This document shows, in pieces, positions 26,407-37,954 of a stretch of DNA of 64,000 nt. The first letter of the stretch is position 1. Every line of letters starts with the position of its first letter. The position numbers and the translations under genes are program-made. Source of the DNA: an uncultured bacterium (GTDB lineage Bacteria; Vulcanimicrobiota; Vulcanimicrobiia; Vulcanimicrobiales; Vulcanimicrobiaceae); the NCBI GenBank assembly GCA_964546935.1, contig CAZJLJ010000001.1, positions 70,664 through 134,663 of the forward strand, read 5' to 3'. The notes beneath the pieces were generated by a model, which worked only from the letters and a program-made list of their open reading frames with translations, ran no database searches and had not been told where the DNA came from.

Positions 26407-27363
26407 ATGGATCTCTCATCGATAACGGTATTTGCCGGTGGCGACTTCCGCCGGTACGACGAAGCAAAAGTCGGTCTCCTTACGCACGGCTTGCAATACG
26501 GAACCGGCTGTTTCGAAGGCATTCGCGGCTATTGGGAACCCGGGGATAAGGAACTCTACCTCGTTCTCCTGCGCGCGCATTACGAGCGTTTGAAAACCTC
26601 GGCGAAAATACTTTTGATGGAGATTCCATATACGGTCGACGAGCTTGTCGACATGACGGTAGAGCTGGTTACGCGTAACCGGTTCGAGAAAGACATCTAC
26701 ATTCGCCCGTGCGTTTTCAAGGCCGCGGAAGATATCGGCGTGCGCCTTCATAATGTTCCGGACGCATTCGCGATGATTCCGGTTCCGTTTAAGAGTTATC
26801 TCGATGCATCCAAAGGCTTAAACGTTTGCGTCAGCTCGTGGCGCCGCGCCGACGATACGATGGCTCCGCCGCGTGCAAAGATTACCGGCTTGTACGTTAA
26901 CTCCGCACTAGCGAAAACGGAGGCTATTACAAACGGCTACGACGAAGCGATTCTGCTTTCGCATGACGGCCACGTCTCCGAAGGCTCAGCGGAGAACATC
27001 TTCCTGGTCCGTCACGGAAAACTCTACACACCGGATCCGTCGCAAAACGTGCTCGAAGGTTGCACGCGCCGCGCGATCATGGATGTCGCCACGCATTTCG
27101 GAATCCAAATCATCGAGCGTTCCATCGATCGCGGCGAGCTTTACTCCGCCGATGAAGTGTTTTTCACCGGCACCGCAGCCGGTATCGCGTACGTCGCGAG
27201 CGTTGACCGTCGCATCGTCGGCGACGGCACGATGGGGCCGGTTGCAAAACAACTCGGCGACTACTACCAGCGCGCCGTTCGCAACCTCGAACCGATTCAC
27301 GCGCACTGGCTGACTGCTACTTACGCTCACAAGAAAAGCACTAAAACCGCTGCCGCTGTTTAA
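26407..27363 (+). CDS. ilvE: branched-chain amino acid aminotransferase
   Basis: 318 aa from the ATG at 26407 with GLQYGTGCFEGIRGYW, the catalytic Lys context PRAKITGLYVNS, EGSAENIF and FFTGTAAGI. Confidence 0.9.
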   Translation: MDLSSITVFAGGDFRRYDEAKVGLLTHGLQYGTGCFEGIRGYWEPGDKELYLVLLRAHYERLKTSAKILLMEIPYTVDELVDMTVELVTRNRFEKDIYIRPCVFKAAEDIGVRLHNVPDAFAMIPVPFKSYLDASKGLNVCVSSWRRADDTMAPPRAKITGLYVNSALAKTEAITNGYDEAILLSHDGHVSEGSAENIFLVRHGKLYTPDPSQNVLEGCTRRAIMDVATHFGIQIIERSIDRGELYSADEVFFTGTAAGIAYVASVDRRIVGDGTMGPVAKQLGDYYQRAVRNLEPIHAHWLTATYAHKKSTKTAAAV

Positions 27364-27402
27364 GCGCAACAGAATAGCAAACGTTCGGTGATTACGCTTG
27401 CG

Positions 27403-28146
27403 CTATTTCAAGCAAGCCACAATGGCTTCAATCACGCGTTTCGTCTCCTCAGGGTCTCGAACGCGAATTGAATCCGTGCCGGCCTGTACCGCGGGGTAGT
27501 CGTTTCCACCCGGAAAGATTGCATCACCGATAAAGAGCATATTTGAGATCGGGATTTTGAGGCTGTCCCGCAGCTTGCGGATACCGTAGGCTTTGTCGAT
27601 TCCCGGCGGCGTCACATCGATCGAGGTCGTTCCGCCGAGACTGATTGAAAAATCGGGCAACATCGGGTCGAGTACGGCTTTTATCTGTTTGCGCTTCGCG
27701 AAATCGGGATCCCAGCTCGCTTTTGCTTCAAGGGGAGCTTGCTGGCCGAGCGCCGAGTACGTGATCTGCGTTCCCCGATCCTCGATTCGCTCACCCCAAC
27801 TCTCCTTCGGCTGAAAACCTGTTTCGGCGACGGCTTTTTCAAGAGAATCTTCGATTCTGCTCTTTTGCGCATCGCTCAAATCCTCAGAGTAGAGTTTCTG
27901 CCACGTCCCGTTGTATTCAAAGAACTTCGTGCCGTCCGTCGGAAGAATTGAAAGGTTGTCGAGATTGCTTGCCGCCGGAAGATGCGCGAGCACTTGTTTT
28001 TGAAATTGCGGAAAGTCTCCGCCGGAGATAATTGCAACCTTGACGATTGCGATCAGACTGTGAAGGTGAGCCGCCATCTCGTCGTCGAGAGCAGATTTGC
28101 TTGGAGCAAGGGTGCCGTCTAAGTCGAATACGATTAGCTGTTTCAT
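27403..28146 (-). CDS. HAD-IIB family hydrolase (phosphomannomutase-like)
   Basis: It has the motif I sequence FDLDGTL, ISGG, and the C-terminal GDAIFPGGNDYP. The start is probably MKQLIVFDLDG. Confidence 0.8.
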   Translation of the reverse strand: MKQLIVFDLDGTLAPSKSALDDEMAAHLHSLIAIVKVAIISGGDFPQFQKQVLAHLPAASNLDNLSILPTDGTKFFEYNGTWQKLYSEDLSDAQKSRIEDSLEKAVAETGFQPKESWGERIEDRGTQITYSALGQQAPLEAKASWDPDFAKRKQIKAVLDPMLPDFSISLGGTTSIDVTPPGIDKAYGIRKLRDSLKIPISNMLFIGDAIFPGGNDYPAVQAGTDSIRVRDPEETKRVIEAIVACLK

Positions 28147-28236
28147 AAGCAAAGTTCTGTGAATTCGATTTGCATGCCAACACCTGACCGGACGAATTCC
28201 GTGAAAGGTTGCGAACGCTATGATGACGGTCGAGTA

Positions 28237-28773
28237 TCATTCTTTCATTCGTTTGAACAGTTGAACGAGATTGGTCTCCCACGTCCTGCCGCCATCGATT
28301 GAAAAGGCTTGTTCGGTGCGGAAGCTTGTCGCCGTGATGTTGCTGTACACAACGCGAACGAGAACAGGTCGACCGTTAAACGTGTCGCGCCCTTGAAACT
28401 CGCCTCGCCCACCCGCGAATTGGCCGATGAGTGGCGGATCGAAGGCGCCTTCATCGGCTTGGCTCCAATACACGCTCCACCGGTCGGTCTTCGGGTTGTA
28501 GAGACGCATCATCAAACCGATGAAGTGGGGCGACGGACGTTGCGCCTCGAGTTGTGCAAGACTCGCCCCGGGCCACAATCTCCGAACGATGTGTACGTAG
28601 CAACAGGGATGCATCCAGGTCCTAGAGCCGGCCAGCGGATGTGCTAGGCGGCGTACATCAATGTTCCATTTGCCGGATTCGAAATCGAAATCATGACGCG
28701 GATCCGGCGTGGCCGCTCGTGCCTGGACGAGTGCCGAGAGGATGAACGTCAAGACCAAAAGCGCGAGACGCAT
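28237..28773 (-). CDS. secreted hypothetical protein
   Basis: 178 aa with an N-terminal signal peptide MRLALLVLTFILSALVQARA. I recognised no catalytic motif. Confidence 0.6.
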   Translation of the reverse strand: MRLALLVLTFILSALVQARAATPDPRHDFDFESGKWNIDVRRLAHPLAGSRTWMHPCCYVHIVRRLWPGASLAQLEAQRPSPHFIGLMMRLYNPKTDRWSVYWSQADEGAFDPPLIGQFAGGRGEFQGRDTFNGRPVLVRVVYSNITATSFRTEQAFSIDGGRTWETNLVQLFKRMKE

Positions 28774-28860
28774 ACTGCTGATTCTACGCTAAGGATCGGA
28801 ACCCGACAATTTACGTCGTTGCCGGCGTGAATCAGTTAGCCGGCGAGAAAGCGTGCGTGA

Positions 28861-29847
28861 TTAGAGTCCGCCGGTAGAGGTGTAATCGTCGGCGGAGTGC
28901 TGCCAGTAGCGGACGTCGGGCGCGACGATGGTTTGCGTCGCAGCGAAGGTGTTGAGTCCGGCGCCGTTGCGCCACGCGGCCAGTTGGCCTTCGTGTGCGA
29001 AGGTTAGCTTTGAAAGCGAACGGATGAACGTACGTCCGATGTCGAGCGACGGAAGGTGGGTCGTCATCACCGCGATCACGTACGGTGCCTCGTCGGCATA
29101 AACGATGCCGACATCGTTCAAAGTATCGAAAAAGCTGCCCGTCTTGTGTGCGATCGGCACGTCGTCGGGCAGCGCTGCGGGAAGCAAGGTGTTGATCTGG
29201 TCGTCTTCGAGGATTGAAATCATTTGGTTTGACGACCATTCGTCGACAAGTTTGCGACGGGCCATCAATGAAAGCAAGCGTACCATGTCGGCCGGAGAGG
29301 TACGAAGCGATTGGCGTACCGAGTAGTTCGACGTGCGTACGTCTTGCGTCAAGTGCGTGCGTTCGAGGCCGAGGTTATACATCGTCCGGTTGATGCTCCG
29401 CAACCCGACGAGACGGATCAACATGTTCGTCGCCGTGTTGTCGCTGATGTCGATCATCTTCGCAAGCAACTCGGAGACCGGGTACGTTGAACCGGCCGGT
29501 TCGTCGCAAAGCTCGCCCGAGCCGTAATCTTTATCGCGTGGCAAAAGCTCGACGCGACGCTGCAGATCGAATTTGCCGGCCTCGAGCTGGCGGAAGACTT
29601 CCACCATTACGGGGACTTTGATCGTCGAAGCGGCCGGCATGCTTTCACCGGCGTTGTACCCTACCGAAAGATTTGTCGAGAGATCGAGAATTTGAACGGC
29701 GCTCGAGCCTCGAAAAGACGACACAAGCCGGTGCAGCTCGCTACGCAATTTAGCGAACGGCGGAGGTGTAGTTATTGCACGAGCAGGTGCACTGTTCGAA
29801 CAGACGAGTGCAACCGCTACAGCGATGATCGCCCACATGCGACGCAT
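28861..29847 (-). CDS. class A beta-lactamase-related serine hydrolase, secreted
   Basis: 328 aa from the ATG at 29847 with a signal peptide. It has the STIK (SxxK), SDN and HKTG (KTG) boxes in class A order and spacing. Confidence 0.75.
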   Translation of the reverse strand: MRRMWAIIAVAVALVCSNSAPARAITTPPPFAKLRSELHRLVSSFRGSSAVQILDLSTNLSVGYNAGESMPAASTIKVPVMVEVFRQLEAGKFDLQRRVELLPRDKDYGSGELCDEPAGSTYPVSELLAKMIDISDNTATNMLIRLVGLRSINRTMYNLGLERTHLTQDVRTSNYSVRQSLRTSPADMVRLLSLMARRKLVDEWSSNQMISILEDDQINTLLPAALPDDVPIAHKTGSFFDTLNDVGIVYADEAPYVIAVMTTHLPSLDIGRTFIRSLSKLTFAHEGQLAAWRNGAGLNTFAATQTIVAPDVRYWQHSADDYTSTGGL

Positions 29848-29902
29848 ACGAATTGTATCGGCCACGTTGCTTGGAATTGTAGCAGACGTGCGGGTTTTCG
29901 AG

Positions 29903-30763
29903 CTAGTAAGGGACGCCGTCGGACGCGGGCGCACGCACCTTGCCCGTCCACCCGGCAAGCGCAATAAGTGCGGCTATATATGGCAAAGCTTGCATTGCGT
30001 CGGGTGGAAACCACGCAACGCGGCCTTGCAAAACGAATTGCAACGCTTCGAAGAATCCAAACGCGAGCGCAGCGGCGGTTGCGCCGGCCGGCGTCCATCG
30101 TCCGAAGATCACTGCGGCAAGCGCGATGAACCCGCGTCCGGCAGTCATTCCGTCGGAGTACAAGTTCAGCTCACCAACCGAAAGAAATGCGCCGCCGAGG
30201 CCCGCGAGTGCGCCGCTGATTATGACCGCTCGTGTTCGCAGGGCAAGCGGATCGAGACCGGCGGATTTTACGGCGGCCGGATTCTCTCCGCATGCTCGCA
30301 GGCGGAGTCCCCACGGCGTTTGATAGAGCACCCAATGAAGAAGCGCCGTACACGCGAACGCGAGAACCACCAGCCAGTAATAGTTTTGACCGAGCGCGGC
30401 GACTTGGCTGCTGGCGCCGGGCTGGTTGAAGATGAGCACCAGACCATAGCCGGCTGCGCCGGCGCAAATAAGATTGATGCCTGTGCCCGCGACGATTTGA
30501 TCCACTTTGAATCGGGTTGCGGCAACCGCTAGAACGTAGCCGAAAAGTGCTCCGGCAGCGATACCGCAGACGATCGCTACAAACGGTGAGTGAAGATAGT
30601 ACGAGCTAACGACCGCGGTGAACGCACCCGCTATCATCATGCCTTCGAGTCCGATGTTGATGACGCCGGAGCGTTCCGAAATCACGCCGCCTAGCGCCGC
30701 ATAGAGAATCGGCGTTGCCTTTACCAACGTGAGCCATGCGAGGGTCAACAGCAGTCCCGTCAC
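29903..30763 (-). CDS. ABC transporter permease (BMP/nucleoside-type system)
   Basis: 286 aa. LYAALGGVISERSGVINIGLEGMM is typical of the permeases of this family. Confidence 0.85.
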   Translation of the reverse strand: MTGLLLTLAWLTLVKATPILYAALGGVISERSGVINIGLEGMMIAGAFTAVVSSYYLHSPFVAIVCGIAAGALFGYVLAVAATRFKVDQIVAGTGINLICAGAAGYGLVLIFNQPGASSQVAALGQNYYWLVVLAFACTALLHWVLYQTPWGLRLRACGENPAAVKSAGLDPLALRTRAVIISGALAGLGGAFLSVGELNLYSDGMTAGRGFIALAAVIFGRWTPAGATAAALAFGFFEALQFVLQGRVAWFPPDAMQALPYIAALIALAGWTGKVRAPASDGVPY

Positions 30764-31781
30764 GCCGGCACTTCCTCGCTACGCGTTGCGATGTACCGGC
30801 GGGCGGCCAGTATCAAAATGATGAGCCCTTCGATGATCCGGATCGTGTCCTTTGGAACGCCGGCGCTAGCTTGCATCGATAGCCCACCCGCTTCGAGCAT
30901 TCCAAATCCGAATGCAGCGAGGCAAATCCACAAAGGCTGAAGATCGCCGACCAAGGCCACCGCGATGGCCGTGAAACCGTACCCCGGCGAGAGCTGCGTA
31001 TTGAAGCGGTGCAACTCGCCGCAAACGATCGCGGCGCCGCCCATGCCGGCGATTGCGCCGGAGAGCGCAAGCGAAATCCACGTAACGCGAACGATGTTAA
31101 CGCGGTTGCGTCGCGCCGCTTCAGGCGCTTCACCCGCGGCACGCAGCTCATAGCCGAAGACGGTGCGGTTCAACAGAAATCGCAGCGCGACGGCGACGGC
31201 AAGCGCAACCAGAATGCCGCTCGAGAGACGTGTGTGCGGAATCAGAATCGGGAGCCAAAACGATTGAGGCAGCCACGCTGTCTCCGCGCCGCTCGCTTCG
31301 GGGCCGCGCAGAGGTCCGCTAACAAGATCCAGTGTGAAGTACGCGGCGACAAAGTTCAGCATTAGCGTTGCGATGATTTCGTTTGCGTTAAATCGCGCTT
31401 TCATCCAACCGGCGATTGCGCCCCAAATGCCGCCGCCCATTGCGCCTGCGAGAAAAAGCAACGGAATTCCGATCGATCCCGGCAAGGGCATCATCGGTCC
31501 TAACACACCGGCAAAGAACGCGCCGACGACCAGCTGTCCTTCCGCACCGATATTGAATAGGCCGGCACGAAATGCCAGCGCGATACCGAGCGCGGGAAAC
31601 AATAACGCCGTAGTCGCGACAAGCGTCTCGCCGAGTTCGTTTCTTCCGCCAAGTGAACCGGAGATGAGCGCGGCGAATCCATCGATGGGCGACGTCCCGG
31701 CGGCAAGCATCGCGACGGACATCAGCGCAACGATCAGGAGAATGGCGCCGAGCGGTTGCGCAAAATTCCAATTCGATCGCG

Positions 31782-31785
<4 letters not shown>
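30760..31785 (-). CDS. ABC transporter permease (BMP/nucleoside-type system)
   Basis: 341 aa, polytopic, with FRAGLFNIGAEGQL. It overlaps both neighbours by 4 nt. Confidence 0.85.
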
Positions 31786-33199
<1,414 letters not shown>

Positions 33200-33203
<4 letters not shown>

Positions 33204-34222
33204 AACCCGGCCGGCGACCATTTTGCAAGCTCCTCACGCGACGCCGGCGGCGTTATGCGGCCGTCCTGAATTGCTTTTTGAATTTGCGCTAAGCGTGCAA
33301 GGCGGGCGCTGCCGATTTGATCCTTTGTGTAACGAAAATCCGTTAAGCCGACCGCGTGCTGTTTCAACCCCAATACGAGATGGCCGGCGAGCGGGCGATG
33401 TTTCCGGATCGCTTCACCGACGTCGAAAACCGCGACGTCGACCTTCTTTACCATCGAAGTGAGAACTTTACCGGGCGCGAGCGCGTCTTGATCGCTATCG
33501 ACTCCGATCACGTAGGCGTTCGGGCGGTGCTTCACCGCTTCGATTGCGCCGAGTCCCGCCTTTCCGGCTGCCTGATAAACGACGTCGGCGCCGGAATTGA
33601 AAAGCAGATTGCTCAACTCTTGGCCCGATGCTACGTCATCGAAGCTGCCGATATATTTCACGTCGACCGTGGTCTTCGGATCGACCTCGTGCGCGCCGGC
33701 GATGTAGCCTGCTTCGAATTTTTGTAGAAGTGGAATATCCTGCCCGCCCAAAAACGCAATGTGATGCGCTTTGCTCATCATCGCGGCGAGAGCCCCCGCT
33801 AAAAAAGAGCCGTCTTGTTCGCGAAACGTGACCGAGACGACGTTCGGGTCATCCACGACCGCATCGATGATGGCGTAGCGCTGCGAAGGATTTTGCTTCG
33901 CGATCTGATCGAGATCCAAGCTCATCAAAAATCCGATCGCGTAGATCATGTTTACGTGCAGATTCGTCAGCGCGTCGAGATTGGGCTGATAGTCGGCGGC
34001 GGAACGCGATTGCAGCACCTGGATGTAGGCGCCAAGGCCGGAACGTGCGCGTAGCAACCCGCGGTACGCGGAATCGTTGAAAGAGCGGTCGCCGAGCCCG
34101 CCGACATCCGTTACCATGCCGAGCGTCAATTGACCCGGAACGGGTCCACGATGGTGCGCTGAACACGCGCTTGCTGTAAGCGCGAACACAGCAGCCGTCA
34201 GAGCGACTAGCGCTTTCTTCAC
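33200..34222 (-). CDS. BMP-family (Med/PnrA-like) substrate-binding lipoprotein
   Basis: 340 aa from the GTG at 34222. The signal ends in a lipobox (VKKALVALTAAVFALTASAC). It also has VTDVGGLGDRSFNDSAY. The track ORF is over-extended upstream. Confidence 0.85.
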
Positions 34223-34276
34223 GTTCGCGAAACTACGACCCGAGGGAGCCGAACTCTTTGGACGAATCGGCCCGGC

Positions 34277-34741
34277 ATGCAACCACGGGATCTTCGTACC
34301 GGGCCGCCGCGGCGTTGGTCGGAAACGATCGACGGCATTTTTTGGCTGCCGCGTCTGACCGACAAAGCGCGCGCCGCGCACGCGGGCACACTGGGGTCGT
34401 ACTTGTACGGTCAATCGCCGGTCGATGCATCGCTGCTGCGCGCGTTAGGCCTTAGTCACACCGCTTTTGCGAGAATTGTCAGGGTCTCACCCGATGACGA
34501 CGCGGTGGTTCGCGCGTTACACGCGCACGATCCGCAAGCGTTGGAGCGCGCTCGCGTCTGGAGCGGCCATTTGAAGCGCTACCATCGGTGGTTCATGTTT
34601 ATACTGGATGTAGATGACGGGTATGCTGGCGGCATATGGAAGCCGATAAAACCGGCCGTGAACTCAGCAGCGAACGGACTAACCTGGACCATGAAACGGC
34701 TGTGGCCGTCGAACGCAATCGAGCGGTCCAAGGCCCCGTAG
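34277..34741 (+). CDS. DUF5069-like protein
   Basis: 154 aa. WLPRLTDKARAAHAGTLGSYLYG resembles the DUF5069 N-terminal signature. The roughly 40-aa tail overlaps the next ORF. Confidence 0.55.
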   Translation: MQPRDLRTGPPRRWSETIDGIFWLPRLTDKARAAHAGTLGSYLYGQSPVDASLLRALGLSHTAFARIVRVSPDDDAVVRALHAHDPQALERARVWSGHLKRYHRWFMFILDVDDGYAGGIWKPIKPAVNSAANGLTWTMKRLWPSNAIERSKAP

Positions 34742-35859
34742 TCCCCGCAACCGACCCCTGGGGCGGCGTAAACGAACGCCGCGTTACGTACGCCCTGAAA
34801 GTATTGCTTTTGATTGTCGTCGCGCTGTATCTCGGCGGGATGATCGTCGGCTTCCTCAGTCGCATCGCGAGCGTCGTTTACGTTCTTATAGGCGCGATCT
34901 TTTTCGCGTATTTGATTTATCCAGTCGTTGAGCGGCTGAGCCGGCGCATGCCGCGTGTAGCGGCGCTGCTAACTGTGTATTTGGCCATCGTTGCGTTGTT
35001 GGTTCTCGCTGCATGGCTTATCGTGCCGCGCATAAGCACCGACGTTACGACGCTGGCGCACAATTATCCGCAAATCGTCACGCAAATCAATCGCTACGTG
35101 AACGATCCGAACAACCCGGTGCTCTCGCGCTTGCCGCAGTCAATTCGATCTGAAGTCGTGAAGCTTCCGGACGAGATGATCACGTGGGTTCGGGTGCATG
35201 GAGCGGAAGCAGCAGGTCACGTGCTTTCCATTTTGCTCAGCACAGCGGCCGTCTTTGCCACGTTCATTATCATTCCGTTGCTCGCGGCTTATCTATTGCT
35301 CGATGTGGATCGATTGCGCAATTCCATCCTTCTAGTTGTGCCGGCGTCGCGTTGGGCGACCGCGTTGTCGTTCATTCAAGACGTCGACCGGGTCATCGGC
35401 GGCTTCATTCGCGGACAGCTGATCGTTGCGGCGTGCGTCGGCATTATGCTGACTATCGCTTTGCTGATTTTGCACGTGCCCTACGCGTTTCTGCTGGGAC
35501 TCGCAGCTGCGCTCGGCGACTTGGTTCCGTACGTCGGCGCCGTTGTCACTTTCATTCCGGCGGTGATGACGGCGTTGTTGAACAACGGCGGGGTGAACGC
35601 GCTGCTTGTCGCGCTCGCATTCATTGGAATCTACGAGATCGAGGGACACCTAGTCGCGCCTGCTATAGTAAGTAAGCAAGTTGAGCTGACGCCACTCGCC
35701 GTGTTGCTGGCAGTGCTCATCGGCGCCGAACTGGGTGGAATCATCGGCATGCTGGTTGCGGTGCCGGTCGCCGGGGTTCTGCGTGTCATCGTGGTGCGTG
35801 CAGTAAACCGGCCGTCCAAGGCGCCCCCGCCCCTCGGCGCGAACGAAAAGGCACCGTGA
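34636..35859 (+). CDS. AI-2E (PerM/YhhT) family transporter; start uncertain (alternative GTG at 34702)
   Basis: Polytopic, with the family's typical C-terminal region GDLVPYVGAVVTFIP...IEGHLVAPAIVSKQVELTPLAVLLAV. Confidence 0.8.
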   Translation: MEADKTGRELSSERTNLDHETAVAVERNRAVQGPVVPATDPWGGVNERRVTYALKVLLLIVVALYLGGMIVGFLSRIASVVYVLIGAIFFAYLIYPVVERLSRRMPRVAALLTVYLAIVALLVLAAWLIVPRISTDVTTLAHNYPQIVTQINRYVNDPNNPVLSRLPQSIRSEVVKLPDEMITWVRVHGAEAAGHVLSILLSTAAVFATFIIIPLLAAYLLLDVDRLRNSILLVVPASRWATALSFIQDVDRVIGGFIRGQLIVAACVGIMLTIALLILHVPYAFLLGLAAALGDLVPYVGAVVTFIPAVMTALLNNGGVNALLVALAFIGIYEIEGHLVAPAIVSKQVELTPLAVLLAVLIGAELGGIIGMLVAVPVAGVLRVIVVRAVNRPSKAPPPLGANEKAP

Positions 35860-36749
35860 GCACCACGGTTTCTTCTACGAAAACGACGCGTGTCGATGTC
35901 ATTGGCGTTCCGATGGATCTTGGCGCCAGCCGGCGCGGCGTCGATATGGGCCCGTCCGCGGTTCGCTATGCGAATCTGAACGCGCGATTGCAGGCGCTCG
36001 GCATTACCGAGCTGATCGATCATGGGAATCTGCAAGTTCCCATTCGCGAATCGATCGAAGCGGTCGATCCTCAGGCAAAGTATCTCGCGGTCATCCAACG
36101 CGTTTGCGATGAACTCGCTGTTTTGGTCGAGCAAAGCGTTCGCGCGGGCGGAATGCCCGTGGTTCTTGGCGGCGATCACTCAATTGCAATGGGAACGCTT
36201 GCGGGTTTGACGCGCGCCCGCGGAATCGCTCCCGGACTCGTTTGGATCGACGCACATTCCGACATCAACAGCCCGGAAAGCTCGCCTAGTGGAAACGTGC
36301 ATGGCATGCCGCTGTGGTTTGCGTTGCAGAACGGATATGCAAAGCGCGATCGGACGGTGCAGATCGGCCTGCGTGACGTCGACGAAATCGAGAAGCGTTT
36401 GCTGCGTGAATCCGGCGTGCGGGCTTTTTCGATGACCGACGTCGACCGTTTGGGCATGACGCGCGTAATGGAAGAAGCGCTTGCGATTGCCGGCGCCGAT
36501 GACGGATCGATTCACGTTTCGTTCGATATGGACGGTATCGACCCGAGCGAAGCGCCGGGAACCGGCACGCCGGTGAAGGGCGGCCTCAGCTATCGCGAAG
36601 CGCATCTGGCGATGGAGATGCTTCACGAGTCCGGCCAACTCGGCTCCATCGAAATGGTGGAGATCAATCCCATTCTCGACACGCGCAATCAAACCGCAGC
36701 GCTCGCCGTCGGGTTGATTTGCTCGGGCTTAGGAAAATCGATCCTTTAA
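35856..36749 (+). CDS. rocF: arginase
   Basis: 297 aa with the ureohydrolase Mn-binding motifs GGDHSIA, DAHSDIN and SFDMDGIDP. The GTG start overlaps the upstream TGA. Confidence 0.9.
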   Translation: MSTTVSSTKTTRVDVIGVPMDLGASRRGVDMGPSAVRYANLNARLQALGITELIDHGNLQVPIRESIEAVDPQAKYLAVIQRVCDELAVLVEQSVRAGGMPVVLGGDHSIAMGTLAGLTRARGIAPGLVWIDAHSDINSPESSPSGNVHGMPLWFALQNGYAKRDRTVQIGLRDVDEIEKRLLRESGVRAFSMTDVDRLGMTRVMEEALAIAGADDGSIHVSFDMDGIDPSEAPGTGTPVKGGLSYREAHLAMEMLHESGQLGSIEMVEINPILDTRNQTAALAVGLICSGLGKSIL

Positions 36750-37321
36750 AGCTGCGTCTTCTCGACGTCGAGGGAAACTTGCGGCGAGCAGGCGCGATGC
36801 GCAGGCTCGCCGAGTTGTTTGCGCTCGAAGATCCGGCGATTGCATGTGCGCATCGCATCGATTCCGGTGACGCCTTGGCGCTGGCTACGCGGTTCGATCG
36901 CGATTGGGGTTACTGCTCCGGTGTCGCCCTTTTTTGGACGCGTGCGATTCGCGCGCAGGGAGTCCACGATCACTATCCGCCGGCATTGCCGTTCCGGCCG
37001 TTCGATCGCCGCGGCGTGCTGCATGTCAATGGCATCTACGAAGATGAATCGTTTTCGATCGTCGCGACGACCATAGGTGACGAGCGAAATGCACGCGTGC
37101 GTGATACGCGATTTCTGCGAAGCATTTTGCGAAGAGTTCCCGGCGCAACGATTGCCTTCATCGGAAACGAGCTTTCGCTCGCGACCGATTTTGCCGATTT
37201 GAATTTTTCGACGCTATCGAGAAGCGATCACAACTTAATCGTCGTGCGTCCTTCGCAGGCAACACCGGCGCCGCACACGGCGGGATCCCAGGAAGCATCC
37301 GCGAGCATCGTGCGGATCTGA
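36719..37321 (+). CDS. hypothetical protein
   Basis: 200-aa ORF with an uncertain start. The C-terminal SRSDHNLIVV faintly recalls the end of endonuclease/exonuclease/phosphatase folds, but the other catalytic boxes are absent. The 3' end overlaps the convergent gene by 94 nt. Confidence 0.4.
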   Translation: MLGLRKIDPLKLRLLDVEGNLRRAGAMRRLAELFALEDPAIACAHRIDSGDALALATRFDRDWGYCSGVALFWTRAIRAQGVHDHYPPALPFRPFDRRGVLHVNGIYEDESFSIVATTIGDERNARVRDTRFLRSILRRVPGATIAFIGNELSLATDFADLNFSTLSRSDHNLIVVRPSQATPAPHTAGSQEASASIVRI

Positions 37322-37935
37322 GCTTCGATTTTTGAATCTACCGGCGGATCGAACGCTACGCTTTTCGTGTGTCCCTCTTCGTCGACCGTTACGGTAAGCG
37401 TGGTGTGCACTTTTAAGGCGTTCAACGATTTCAAGACTCCCGGATCCAGCACCGGATCGGGTTGCGTCGCGCCTAACGGCATGTAGCCGCCGACGTCATG
37501 GCGCGTTTGGGTCGAAGCAACTTGTTCGGTTTGAGGCGTTGACGGTGCAGCCGGTGCGCCGGTCGCCGAAGTACGGGTGGCCGCGCTTCCCGGTGCTTCC
37601 GCGGCTGCGACCGCTGGGGCGCGACTTGCTTTGTCGGGCGCACTTCGAACCTTCAATTTGTGGCTGCGCGCTTGCGCCGGATGTGGAACTGATTTCGTAA
37701 GATGAATGACCGGCGCGTGTTGTAACGCTGCAGCGGCCATCGGATGGTTTACCGGACGCGGCGTTTCTACGGCTATGTGCGTTACGCGCACGAACGCGAG
37801 CGTTTCAATCGAAGGCGCTTCGCCCCGTAACCACGCGATCGTCGGAATGAAATACGCGACTGCTAAGTGCAGTGCGATAGAAACCAGCAAAGCTTGAAGA
37901 AGAAACCGGTCGCCGCGGACCAGCGAGATGCCCAT
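37228..37935 (-). CDS. TonB-like energy-transducer protein
   Basis: 235 aa from the ATG at 37935 with a GGAGGGAG RBS. It has one N-terminal TM helix, an Ala/Pro-rich linker and a C-terminal domain of about 80 aa. Confidence 0.6.
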   Translation of the reverse strand: MGISLVRGDRFLLQALLVSIALHLAVAYFIPTIAWLRGEAPSIETLAFVRVTHIAVETPRPVNHPMAAAALQHAPVIHLTKSVPHPAQARSHKLKVRSAPDKASRAPAVAAAEAPGSAATRTSATGAPAAPSTPQTEQVASTQTRHDVGGYMPLGATQPDPVLDPGVLKSLNALKVHTTLTVTVDEEGHTKSVAFDPPVDSKIEAQIRTMLADASWDPAVCGAGVACEGRTTIKL

Positions 37936-37954
37936 ACTCCCTCCGCTGTTTCCT

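Noticed and set aside
27363-27404. A possible terminator hairpin (AGCGCAA ... TTGCGCT) between convergent ilvE and the HAD gene
   Set aside because: The 7-bp arms are separated by about 28 nt and there is no U-tract, so this is not a convincing intrinsic terminator.
28161-28201. The inverted repeat GAATTCG-N27-CGAATTC upstream of the HAD hydrolase gene
   Set aside because: The arms are short and the spacer is long, so this is compatible with chance in an AT-richer intergenic region.
36719-37321. Calling this ORF an endonuclease/exonuclease/phosphatase-family enzyme
   Set aside because: Only the C-terminal SDH-like motif is reminiscent of the family. The LQE, HL and GDFN-type boxes are not recognisable, so I left it as hypothetical.
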